Source: Flavobacteriales bacterium (GTDB lineage: Bacteria; Bacteroidota; Bacteroidia; Flavobacteriales; Flavobacteriaceae). Taken from it: 64,000 nt of DNA. Position numbers and translations under genes: made by a program. Shown here in pieces: positions 26,511-35,314 of the stretch. A model generated the notes under the pieces. The model made no database searches. It was not told the origin of the DNA and saw only the letters and a program-made list of their open reading frames with translations. The DNA lies in NCBI GenBank assembly GCA_004213995.1, contig SGZJ01000004.1:725-64724 (forward strand). Reading direction: 5' to 3'. Position 1 is the stretch's first letter. Each line of letters opens with the position of its first letter.

Positions 26511-27164
26511 TTATTGATTTTGATTAATTATTTCTGAAAACTTGTATTTAAATCTTTTAAAACGAGGATCTGAGACATTAATTATATAACTATTAAATTT
26601 ATTATTCTTTTTAAAATCTTGATGATATTTTTCTGCTTTCCAAAATTTAAGAAATGGGTAAGATTCAGCTGCTACACTAACTTTTAATGTTTCTGTAATT
26701 TCTTGAATTTTTTTATTAATAATATCTTTCTGATTTTCATTTTGATAAAAAATTATAGACCTGTATTGAGTTCCATTATCAGGGCCTTGACCATTAATTT
26801 GTTCAACATTTTGAGTCCCAAAATAGACATCCACTAGTTGTGAAAAAGTTATCAATTTTGGATTGTAAATAACCTCTATGGTCTCTGCGTGTCCAGTTGT
26901 CTGAGTATTAACGATATCATATGTAGGCTCTGATGTAAATCCACCTGAATAACCGCTAATAACCTCGTTTACTCCAATGATACTTTCATAAATTGCTTCT
27001 ACACACCAAAAACACCCACTTGCAAAATAAGCTTTATGTATTTTTTCCGTGTTAACTTCAACAGGCATCGAATTAATTATTAAGTTCTGTTGTTCAGAAT
27101 ATTTTTGAGCATTAGTACAATTAGTTATTAAAACTAAGGCAGTAATTAATAATGTATTTTTCAT
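26511..27164 (-). CDS. msrA: Peptide-methionine (S)-S-oxide reductase MsrA, exported form
   Basis: Catalytic GCFWCVE motif, preceded by a signal or lipoprotein-like leader (LVLITNCTNAQ). Confidence 0.9.
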   Translation of the reverse strand: MKNTLLITALVLITNCTNAQKYSEQQNLIINSMPVEVNTEKIHKAYFASGCFWCVEAIYESIIGVNEVISGYSGGFTSEPTYDIVNTQTTGHAETIEVIYNPKLITFSQLVDVYFGTQNVEQINGQGPDNGTQYRSIIFYQNENQKDIINKKIQEITETLKVSVAAESYPFLKFWKAEKYHQDFKKNNKFNSYIINVSDPRFKRFKYKFSEIINQNQ

Positions 27165-27177
27165 AAGTTAAATGTAT

Positions 27178-27207
27178 AAAAAAAAAGCCTCTATTTGTAT
27201 AGAAGCT
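27178..27207 (-). terminator. Rho-independent terminator downstream of the 27233..28012 gene
   Basis: The minus-strand RNA reads AGCUUCUAU-ACAA-AUAGAGGCU, a 9-bp stem including one G-U pair, followed by a run of 9 U. Confidence 0.7.
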
Positions 27208-27232
27208 TTAAATTAAAACTGTAAGTTATTTG

Positions 27233-28012
27233 CTAGATTTTTGCAAAAACTTTTTCCATTTTTATTTTCTGTTCATTAGCCAATTCTTCATCTACTAATA
27301 TTCTTCCACTATGCTCGTCAGTAATTATTTTTTTTCTAGAACCTATTTCCATAATTATCTGTGGAGGAATAGTGAAATAAGAACCTCCAGATGCACCTCT
27401 TTCAACTGCTACAACTGCTAAGCCATTTTTTACATTGTTTCTTATTCTGCTGTAAGCTAATACTAATCTTTCTTCAATATCTTTCTTGCATTTTTCCGAT
27501 TTTAATAGTAAAACCTCTTCCTCTTTTTTTGTTTCTTCAAGTATAGTATTTAATTCAGCTTTTTTGTGTTTTAAATGATTTTTTCTTTCAGAAAGTTTAA
27601 GTTTAGCTTCATCAATTACTACATTTTTGTGTTCTATTTTAGCTAAAAATTCTTTAATATTTTTTTCTGCTAATTGAATTTCTAAATCTTGGAATTCAGT
27701 TTCTTTAGTTAATGAATTAAATTCACGATTGTTACGAACATTCTTCTGCTGTTCAGTATATTTTTTAATCAATGCTTTAGCTTCTTCCATCAGATTTTTT
27801 TTCATTTTAATCTGATCATTTAAAGTATCAACAGAATCTGTAAGTTTTTCTAGTCTTGTGGTAAGTCCAGCTACTTCGTCTTCTAAATCTTCAACTTCAA
27901 GAGGAAGTTCACCTCTTACACTTCTAATTGTATCCACTCTTGAATCAATAAGTTGCAAGTCATATAAAGCTCTTAATTTGTTCTCTACTGTGGTTTCTTT
28001 CTTTTTTGCCAT
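27233..28012 (-). CDS. Coiled-coil protein of the COG1579 / 'zinc-ribbon domain' family, with no Cys in the ribbon
   Basis: A long Glu/Lys-rich coiled coil, then ..VERGASGGSYFTIPPQ..KKIITDEHSGRILV. It lies downstream of a Nif3-like gene, the usual partner. Confidence 0.75.
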   Translation of the reverse strand: MAKKKETTVENKLRALYDLQLIDSRVDTIRSVRGELPLEVEDLEDEVAGLTTRLEKLTDSVDTLNDQIKMKKNLMEEAKALIKKYTEQQKNVRNNREFNSLTKETEFQDLEIQLAEKNIKEFLAKIEHKNVVIDEAKLKLSERKNHLKHKKAELNTILEETKKEEEVLLLKSEKCKKDIEERLVLAYSRIRNNVKNGLAVVAVERGASGGSYFTIPPQIIMEIGSRKKIITDEHSGRILVDEELANEQKIKMEKVFAKI

Positions 28013-28014
28013 GA

Positions 28015-29109
28015 TTAACTGTATTTTACTGGGTTACTATTTGTTTCCGCTAAAACGATTGCAAAATTAGTAATTTTTTCTGTAAGATATGTATGTATTG
28101 CGTTTTTTGTGTACTGCTCACTTTCGTAATGACCAATATCGGTTAATAATATCTTTTTATTTGCCTTAAAAAAATCATGATATTTTAAATCAGATGTTAC
28201 ATAAACATCTGCATTTGTACTAATGGCATTATTTATTGCAAAACTACCAGAACCGCCTAAAACCGCTACGGTTTTAATATTTCTTCCAGTGAGTTCAGAA
28301 TGTCTAATAAACTTTGTATTCATTTTGTCTTTAGTATAACTAATAAACTCATTTTCATTCATACTTTTACTAAGCTTTCCAACCATACCAAGACCAATAT
28401 CTCTATTAATGTTTTCAGTCGAAATAATCTCGTAAGAATATTCATCATAAGGATGATTAATCTTTAATGTTTGTAATATTTCTTGTTCTTTATGTGCAGG
28501 AAATGTAAATGTCACTTTAACTTCTTCTATTTTAGTTTGAATTCCTTTTTTCCCAATTACTGGATTTGATTTGCTATTCCCCTTAAATGTTCCAATACCT
28601 TTGACTGAAAAGCTACATTCATCGTAATTACCTATAGTTCCAGCGCCGGAAATATATAATTTAGCTTTTAAATCTTCTAAATTTTCCTCCGGAACATAAG
28701 TTGTTAGTTTTTTTATTGTTCCTTTTTTAGGAATGAGAATTTTAGTTTCATTTAATTTGAGTTTGTCACATATTATTTTATTTACTCCATCAATTGAGTT
28801 ATCCATTGCAGTATGAACTGATACTATGGATATATTATTTTTAATACATTTATTTACAGCTTTTTCCACATAGTTAGAGTTCTGTATTTTTTTTAAACCT
28901 TCAAAAATAATAGGGTGAAAACTTACTATTACATTACAGTTTTTTTCTATAGCTTCATCAACTACACATTCTATTGCATCAAGGCAAACTATAATTCCAT
29001 TAACTTTACTTTGTTCCTCTCCAATTATAAGACCAACATTATCATAATCTTCAGCGTAGCAAAATGGATACTTATCATCAAGTAATTTAATTATATCTTT
29101 TACAATCAT
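28015..29109 (-). CDS. Nif3-like dinuclear metal centre protein (GTP cyclohydrolase 1 type 2 homologue)
   Basis: 364 aa. N-terminal NIF3 motifs (..DNVGLIIG.., VSFHPIIF, SVHTAMD), an inserted domain, and C-terminal ..TDIGHYESE. Confidence 0.88.
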   Translation of the reverse strand: MIVKDIIKLLDDKYPFCYAEDYDNVGLIIGEEQSKVNGIIVCLDAIECVVDEAIEKNCNVIVSFHPIIFEGLKKIQNSNYVEKAVNKCIKNNISIVSVHTAMDNSIDGVNKIICDKLKLNETKILIPKKGTIKKLTTYVPEENLEDLKAKLYISGAGTIGNYDECSFSVKGIGTFKGNSKSNPVIGKKGIQTKIEEVKVTFTFPAHKEQEILQTLKINHPYDEYSYEIISTENINRDIGLGMVGKLSKSMNENEFISYTKDKMNTKFIRHSELTGRNIKTVAVLGGSGSFAINNAISTNADVYVTSDLKYHDFFKANKKILLTDIGHYESEQYTKNAIHTYLTEKITNFAIVLAETNSNPVKYS

Positions 29110-29126
29110 TTTTTTTGTATTTATTT

Positions 29127-29134
29127 CAAAGATA
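29127..29134 (-). promoter_or_regulatory. -7 promoter box (TATCTTTG on the minus strand) upstream of the Nif3-like gene
   Basis: Plus-strand CAAAGATA lies 17 nt upstream of the ATG at 29109. Confidence 0.35.
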
Positions 29135-29152
29135 AATAATTACTTTAGTTGT

Positions 29153-30157
29153 ATGAAACTCTTTAGAAAGTTACTGTTTTTTCTTACTCCTTTATACTAC
29201 TTGATAACAGTTGTAAGGAATATTTTATATGATCTATCTTTTTATAAAACAACTAAATTCCAAGTACCAACTATTGGTATTGGTAACTTAGCAGTTGGAG
29301 GTACAGGAAAATCTCCAATGGTTGAGTATTTGATTGACTTACTTTCTAACAAATATAGTATAGCTACATTGAGTAGAGGATACGGAAGAAACACAAAATC
29401 ATTTATAATTGCTAATGAAAAATCTACTCATTCAGATATTGGTGATGAGCCTTTACAATTTTATAATAAGTATAATAATATTATTGTTTGCGTGGATAAC
29501 AATCGTGTAAACGGAATTAATAATTTACTTCAAATTAACAAACCACCTAGTGTAATTTTATTAGATGATTGCTTTCAGCATAGGAAATTAACTCTAGGAT
29601 TATCAATTTTGTTAACAGATTACAGTAATTTATTCTCTAATGATTATGTGTTGCCATTTGGTAATTTAAGAGAACCAGCTTCATCTAGTAGAAGGGCCGA
29701 TATAGTAATTGTTACTAAATGTCCAAAAAATATAGATGAGATAAGAAAAAATAAAATTAAAAATAAACTCAATCTTAAATTAAGTCAAAAACTATTTTTT
29801 AGTTCAATTGAATATTCAAAATCTGTAATATTTAACAATACAAAAACTCAATTTAATAATTTTATTAAAGACAAATTTATTCTAGTAACAGGCCTTGCCA
29901 GTTCAGATCATATTGTTGATTATTTGTCTAATAATAAGTGTGATTTTGAACATAAGGAATTTAATGACCATCATGACTATATTTTAAAAGATTTTGAAAA
30001 AGTTAATCCTTCATTAAATATTCTTACTACAGAAAAAGATTATGCAAAATTGATAAAAATATTGCCAAAAAGAAAAATCTATTATTTACCCATAACAGTT
30101 AATATAGATTCTAATAAATTATTTGATAAATTAATATTAGATTACTGTAATAATTAG
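29153..30157 (+). CDS. lpxK: Tetraacyldisaccharide 4'-kinase
   Basis: P-loop GNLAVGGTGKSPMVEYL, plus ..LSRGYGR.. and DDCFQH. Confidence 0.92.
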   Translation: MKLFRKLLFFLTPLYYLITVVRNILYDLSFYKTTKFQVPTIGIGNLAVGGTGKSPMVEYLIDLLSNKYSIATLSRGYGRNTKSFIIANEKSTHSDIGDEPLQFYNKYNNIIVCVDNNRVNGINNLLQINKPPSVILLDDCFQHRKLTLGLSILLTDYSNLFSNDYVLPFGNLREPASSSRRADIVIVTKCPKNIDEIRKNKIKNKLNLKLSQKLFFSSIEYSKSVIFNNTKTQFNNFIKDKFILVTGLASSDHIVDYLSNNKCDFEHKEFNDHHDYILKDFEKVNPSLNILTTEKDYAKLIKILPKRKIYYLPITVNIDSNKLFDKLILDYCNN

Positions 30158-31074
30158 TTGATATGTTTTTGTGCCTTATAAGAGGATCTTACTAATGCAC
30201 TACTCTCAACATGTCTAAATCCTAAATCTAATCCTATTTTTTCATATTCTAGAAATTCTTCAGGAGTTACAAACCTTTTAACACTTAGGTGTTTTTTACT
30301 TGGTTGAAGGTATTGACCAATAGTAACAATATCGACATTTGCATTTTTTAAATCATGTAAAGTTTCGATTACTTCATCTTTTGATTCTCCTAAACCAAGC
30401 ATAATTCCGGATTTAGTTCTTCTTTGTCCTTTCTCTTTCATGTATTTAAGTACTTTCATACTTTTTTCATACTTAGCTTGTATTCTAACTTCTCTTGTTA
30501 GTCTTTTTACAGTTTCAATGTTGTGAGAAATAACTTCAGGTTTTGCATTTACTAATCTATCTATGTGTCTTTCAATTCCTTGAAAATCTGGAATTAATGT
30601 CTCTAAAGTTGTTTTCGGATTCATTCTTCTTATAGCTTCAATGGTCTCTACCCACATGAGGCTACCCATATCTTTTAAGTCGTCTCTGTCTACACTTGTA
30701 ATAACAGCATGTTTAATATTCATTATTTTTATTGATCTTGCTACTTTTTCTGGCTCAGACCAATCTAAAGATTCAGGTCTACCAGTTTTTACTCCACAAA
30801 AACCACAAGACCTGGTGCAAACATTACCTAAAATCATAAATGTTGCAGTTCCTTCACCCCAACATTCACCCATATTAGGGCAACTACCAGATGTGCATAT
30901 GGTGTTAAGTTTATATTTATCTACAAGACCTCTTAATTCAGTGTATTTTTGACCAGTTGGTAACTTTACTCTTAACCATTTAGGTTTTGGTAATATTGAC
31001 TGAAACTTTTTTTGTTTCGGCAATATTGACTGATATTTCTTAGATGTTTTGATACTTTCCATTAGCAATGTCAA
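30154..31074 (-). CDS. lipA: Lipoyl synthase
   Basis: Radical-SAM CTRSCGFCGV plus the N-terminal cluster cysteines (CTSGSCPNMGEC). KPKWLRVKLPTG lies near the N-terminus. Confidence 0.94.
   Translation of the reverse strand: MTLLMESIKTSKKYQSILPKQKKFQSILPKPKWLRVKLPTGQKYTELRGLVDKYKLNTICTSGSCPNMGECWGEGTATFMILGNVCTRSCGFCGVKTGRPESLDWSEPEKVARSIKIMNIKHAVITSVDRDDLKDMGSLMWVETIEAIRRMNPKTTLETLIPDFQGIERHIDRLVNAKPEVISHNIETVKRLTREVRIQAKYEKSMKVLKYMKEKGQRRTKSGIMLGLGESKDEVIETLHDLKNANVDIVTIGQYLQPSKKHLSVKRFVTPEEFLEYEKIGLDLGFRHVESSALVRSSYKAQKHIN
30985..31038 (-). repeat. 30-nt tandem duplication inside the 5' end of lipA
   Basis: GGTAATATTGACTGAAA and GGCAATATTGACTGATA lie 30 nt apart. They encode the duplicated K(Y/F)QSILPK(Q/P)K. 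Confidence 0.8.
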
Positions 31075-31089
31075 AGATATGAAGTAAAG

Positions 31090-32316
31090 CTAAATAAACA
31101 ACTTTAATGTTGATAAATACCAAATTCCAAAACCTAATAAAAAAAATATCCCTACTATACTTAAAATGTGCATAATTTTTGAAGGTCTATATTTTTTTGG
31201 AGTATAATTACTACTTATTAAAGTATAATTAATTATGGCATAAAATGGAGCAGTTATAAACGAAACTATTGTTGCAACTTTCACTAATGTTCCCATTTCT
31301 GAATTAAAATTAAAAAAAATAGTGATGGTTCCTACAACTAAAAAAAACAACCAATAAAGGTAGCCATTATTGATTTTTTTATTAAATATTAGTTCAGTTG
31401 CTTTGTGCATTGCTCTAGGAGAAGCATCAAGTGTTGTTATGGTTGTACTAAACATTGTAGTAAATGTTGCTAACCCAATTATGATATATGCCCAAGACCC
31501 AAAACTTGATGTATACATCTCTATTAATTGATTTGCAAAAGTTGAAGCTGAGCTACTAAAACTTAAATTACTACTATTCATTACAAAATAACCAAGTAAC
31601 ATAAAGCTGATTCCTAATGCTATGGTTCCCAAATAACCTATATTAAAATCAAACAAGGTAGTTTTCATGTCCTGAATTCCATCTGATTTCTTTTTTTCAA
31701 TTGTCCAAATAGAGTGCCAAACAGAAATATCAAGTGGGGCAGGCATCCAACCCATAAATGCTATTAGAAATGCAATTTCAATATTGTTTTTTGGTAAAAC
31801 TTGTGATAAATTAAAACCATGTGAAAAATTATTAAAGGCTAAAAAGGTCGCTAAAAATGTACTTAATGCTAATATAAAAATAATGATCTTGATCATTTTA
31901 TCAAGCATTTTATATTTTCCAAAATATAAAAGAACTGAACAAACAATTAAAATTATAATTGTCCATAGCTCTACGCTGATAACATTATTTGTCAAAGAAC
32001 TAGCTATTCCTGCTGTAACAATAGTAACAGCAGTTTGTATTGTAAACATTGTAGTTAATGAAATAAGTAGATAAAAATGTAATATTGATGTACCTAACTT
32101 TTTGTATCCTTCAAGTAAGCTCTCACCAGTTGCGCTAGCATATTTTGGGCCATACTGAAAAAATGGAAACTTAAATAAATTAACAAGAAGCAATGCCCAG
32201 ATTAGACCAATTCCAAAATCAGCTCCAGCTTTTGTTGATTGAACTAAATGAGATACTCCAATTGCAGCACCCGCAAATAATACTCCTGGACCAAGTTTTT
32301 TAAAAAAATTAAACAT
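31090..32316 (-). CDS. Nramp-related transporter with a non-canonical TM1 site
   Basis: A polytopic protein of about 11 TM helices. Its N-terminus, LGPGVLFAGAAIGVSHLVQSTKAGADFG, aligns by eye to the canonical LGPxxxxxxxYMDPGNxxT, so GVSH replaces DPGN. The TM6-like segment is GWMPAP. Confidence 0.8.
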   Translation of the reverse strand: MFNFFKKLGPGVLFAGAAIGVSHLVQSTKAGADFGIGLIWALLLVNLFKFPFFQYGPKYASATGESLLEGYKKLGTSILHFYLLISLTTMFTIQTAVTIVTAGIASSLTNNVISVELWTIIILIVCSVLLYFGKYKMLDKMIKIIIFILALSTFLATFLAFNNFSHGFNLSQVLPKNNIEIAFLIAFMGWMPAPLDISVWHSIWTIEKKKSDGIQDMKTTLFDFNIGYLGTIALGISFMLLGYFVMNSSNLSFSSSASTFANQLIEMYTSSFGSWAYIIIGLATFTTMFSTTITTLDASPRAMHKATELIFNKKINNGYLYWLFFLVVGTITIFFNFNSEMGTLVKVATIVSFITAPFYAIINYTLISSNYTPKKYRPSKIMHILSIVGIFFLLGFGIWYLSTLKLFI

Positions 32317-32322
32317 TAATTA

Positions 32323-32514
32323 TTATGAAACACAGTCTTTAAATTCCTCTGGAGGTTTTCCACAAAAACCACATGGTTCATTATTTTTATTTAACATTGG
32401 ATTTTGACTTGCACATGTACCTGAAAACTCACCATTTTTTTTTCCCCAAATTTTAATGCTAATTCCTAAAATAGCAAAACCTAGAAAAACTATAGTTATG
32501 AAGATTAATTCCAT
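32323..32514 (-). CDS. 63-aa single-TM, four-cysteine protein (possible NqrM/DUF539-like or metal-handling factor)
   Basis: MELIFITIVFLGFAILGISIKIW (TM helix), then GKKNGEFSGTCASQNPMLNKNNEPCGFCGKPPEEFKDCVS. It ends 6 nt upstream of the Nramp-related gene. I prefer the ATG at 32514 over the start at 32553. Confidence 0.6.
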   Translation of the reverse strand: MELIFITIVFLGFAILGISIKIWGKKNGEFSGTCASQNPMLNKNNEPCGFCGKPPEEFKDCVS

Positions 32515-32562
32515 CTTAAATATTTTAATGCAAATTAATAAAAAAGAATTCAAATTACGATT

Positions 32563-33570
32563 TTAGATTACGTTTACTTCACGATCGAGATCAATATCAA
32601 ATATAAATTTTATTGCTTTTTGAATACTAATAGAAAAGTCTAGTATTTGTTTGCCGGTTGCTTTGCCGTAATTTACGAGAACTAGTGCTTGTTTTTCATG
32701 TACTCCGTAGTCTTTTATTCTTTTGCCTTTAAACCCAGCTTTTTCAATCAGCCATGCCGCAGGTATTTTATATTGCTTCTCGGAAAGTTTATAATAAGGA
32801 ATATTTTCAAAATTCAGTTTAAGTTCTTTTAGATGTTTATTTGTAATAATTGGATTTTTAAAAAAACTTCCACTATTACCAATTTCTTTTGGATCTGGTA
32901 ATTTTTCACTTCTAATTTGACATATAACATTTGCTATATCACTAATTTTAGGATCTTTTATCTTTAATTGAAATAATCTTTCTTTAATTGATCCATAATC
33001 AACTTTAAGATTATGTTTAGAATTTGTTAGTTTTAGCTTAATACTTAAAACTATGTAATTTTTATTTTGTTTAAATATTGAGTTTCTGTATTGAAATTGA
33101 CAATCTTTATTCGAAAACTCTAAAATTTTATTTGTATTAATGTCAAGTACTGAACATGAGATAAACACATCCTTTAATTCAACCCCATATGCACCGATGT
33201 TCTGAATAGGAGCTGCGCCAGTATTTCCAGGAATTAATGATAGATTTTCTATACCTCCTAAATTATTTTTCAGACACCATTTAACGCTATCATTCCAATT
33301 TTCACCAGAATTTATTTTAACTTCACTATGATTATCATCAATTTTTTTTGAGCTAATACCTTTCATATTCAAATTTATTACTAGCCCTTTTATATTTCTC
33401 GTAATTAAAATATTACTTCCTCCTCCAATAAAAACTTTTTCTTCATTATGGTTAGAGGCAATAATTTTTTCTAATTCATGAACAGTTGAAATACTTACAA
33501 ATTTTTCTGCATTAGCTTCAATACCAAAACTATTATGATTTATTAAAGAAAAATTATTATGAATTTTCAT
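32563..33570 (-). CDS. murB: UDP-N-acetylenolpyruvoylglucosamine reductase
   Basis: 335 aa with an FAD-binding domain (GGGSNIL) and the MurB C-terminal domain (..GSFFKNP..AAWLIE.AG.KG). Confidence 0.92.
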   Translation of the reverse strand: MKIHNNFSLINHNSFGIEANAEKFVSISTVHELEKIIASNHNEEKVFIGGGSNILITRNIKGLVINLNMKGISSKKIDDNHSEVKINSGENWNDSVKWCLKNNLGGIENLSLIPGNTGAAPIQNIGAYGVELKDVFISCSVLDINTNKILEFSNKDCQFQYRNSIFKQNKNYIVLSIKLKLTNSKHNLKVDYGSIKERLFQLKIKDPKISDIANVICQIRSEKLPDPKEIGNSGSFFKNPIITNKHLKELKLNFENIPYYKLSEKQYKIPAAWLIEKAGFKGKRIKDYGVHEKQALVLVNYGKATGKQILDFSISIQKAIKFIFDIDLDREVNVI

Positions 33571-34760
33571 TAATTAATGTATTTATCTAAAGCTTTTTTA
33601 AGGATCATTACAGACTTCTTTAAATCTTCTTCCTTTAAAACATATGCGATTCTAATTTGATTTTTCCCAAGTCCTTTAGTTGAATAAAAACCCTCTGCAG
33701 GGGCTACCATTATCGTTTCGTTATCTACATCAAAATTCTCAAGCATCCATTGAGCGAAGACATTAGCATCTTTTATTGGTAGTTCTACAATACAATAAAA
33801 TGCACCCTTGGGAGAAGCTACTTTCAGTCCTTTGATTTTTCTAAGTTCACTTATTAGTAAATTTCTTCTTTGAATATATTTTTTATTAATTTCTTCAAAA
33901 TATATTTCTGGAGTATCTAGCGCAGCTTCACTCGCTATTTGTGCATAAGTAGGAGGAGAGAGTCTTGATTGAGCAAATTTTAAAACAGTCTCAATCACTT
34001 TTTTATTTTTACTAACTACACACCCTATTCTAGCTCCGCACATGCTATATCTTTTAGACACACTATCTATCATTATTGCGTTTTGATCAATAGTAGACTC
34101 TTGCATTATAGAATAATGAGATTCACCATCATAAGTAAATTCTCTGTAAACTTCATCAGCAATTAAAAATAAATCATGTTTTTTAACAATTTCAACTAAT
34201 TTTTTAATTTCATTTTTACTGTATAAATATCCTGTGGGGTTATTTGGGTTACAAATTAAAATAGCCTTAGTTTTTTTTGTGATTAATTTTTCAAAATCTT
34301 CAATTTCTGGTAGTGAAAAGTTGTTTTCTATTTTAGAAATTACGGGAACTATCTTTAAACTATTAGCAATTGAAAAACCATTATAATTAGCATAAAATGG
34401 TTCAGGAACAATTATTTCATCGTCTTTATCCATTATACTTCCAAATGTGAATAATAACGCTTCACTTGCTCCACTGGTAACAATAATATCTTTAGAACTT
34501 ACAATTATATTTTTTGAATCATAATAACTAGAAAGTTTAGTTCTGTATTCTTCTGAGCCTTCTGATCTAGAATAAGCTAAGACTTTAATTTCATTATTTT
34601 TAACTGCATCAAGAGCCACTTTGGGAGTTTCAATATCTGGCTGTCCTATGTTTAACTGATAGACTTTAATTCCTCTTTTTTTTGCATTTTCTGCAAATGG
34701 GACCAATTTTCTTATAGGAGACTCGGGCATTAAAATCCCTTTATTTGAAATCTGTGGCAT
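33570..34760 (-). CDS. PLP-dependent class I/II aminotransferase
   Basis: 396 aa with ..ESPIRKL.., NIGQPD and a PLP-lysine context SVSKRYSMCGARIG. Confidence 0.88.
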   Translation of the reverse strand: MPQISNKGILMPESPIRKLVPFAENAKKRGIKVYQLNIGQPDIETPKVALDAVKNNEIKVLAYSRSEGSEEYRTKLSSYYDSKNIIVSSKDIIVTSGASEALLFTFGSIMDKDDEIIVPEPFYANYNGFSIANSLKIVPVISKIENNFSLPEIEDFEKLITKKTKAILICNPNNPTGYLYSKNEIKKLVEIVKKHDLFLIADEVYREFTYDGESHYSIMQESTIDQNAIMIDSVSKRYSMCGARIGCVVSKNKKVIETVLKFAQSRLSPPTYAQIASEAALDTPEIYFEEINKKYIQRRNLLISELRKIKGLKVASPKGAFYCIVELPIKDANVFAQWMLENFDVDNETIMVAPAEGFYSTKGLGKNQIRIAYVLKEEDLKKSVMILKKALDKYIN

Positions 34761-34763
34761 TTT

Positions 34764-35192
34764 TTAGACTTTATTTAAACTTTTAGATTTTTTTTTAGAA
34801 ATAATAGGTTGAGAATTATCTTCAACTTTTCCTTTAATAGTAAGAAGGACTGTTGAGTTTACTGCGTTAGAACTAACAGAAATAGTCTTTTTAAATGGCA
34901 TAACTCTTCTTGTGTCGTATTTAACTTCTATTTCTCCTGAATCGCCTGGAAGTATCGGTTTATTAGGCTTTTTTGGAATTGTACAGCCGCAAGAAGCTTT
35001 TACATTACTAATTACAAGCGGGATGTTTCCAGAGTTGATAAATTTAAAAACTCGTACGCCATCTGCACCTTTTTCAATTGTACCATAATCAATAGTTGAC
35101 TCTTCAAATTCGATTACAGCTTTTAAATTTGGTTGAGCTAAAGCATTAAAATTTATGATAGTAATTCCTATCAACATTAATATATTTTTCAT
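34764..35192 (-). CDS. DUF1573 domain protein (exported)
   Basis: Signal peptide, then the DUF1573 hallmark ..F.F.N.G..PL.I..V.ASCGCT.P. Confidence 0.8.
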   Translation of the reverse strand: MKNILMLIGITIINFNALAQPNLKAVIEFEESTIDYGTIEKGADGVRVFKFINSGNIPLVISNVKASCGCTIPKKPNKPILPGDSGEIEVKYDTRRVMPFKKTISVSSNAVNSTVLLTIKGKVEDNSQPIISKKKSKSLNKV

Positions 35193-35279
35193 TAGGTTTA
35201 TGATTTAATTTTTTATAAAAAATAGATAAAAATAAAGTAGATAAATATAATTATTATTCCTTAGATAAAGAAATATAAG

Positions 35280-35287
35280 TATTTTTG
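35280..35287 (+). promoter_or_regulatory. -7 promoter box (TATTTTTG) upstream of valS
   Basis: An exact TAnnTTTG match 27 nt upstream of the ATG at 35315. Confidence 0.4.
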
Positions 35288-35314
35288 TAAATCAATAATT
35301 AATTTTTTAAATAT

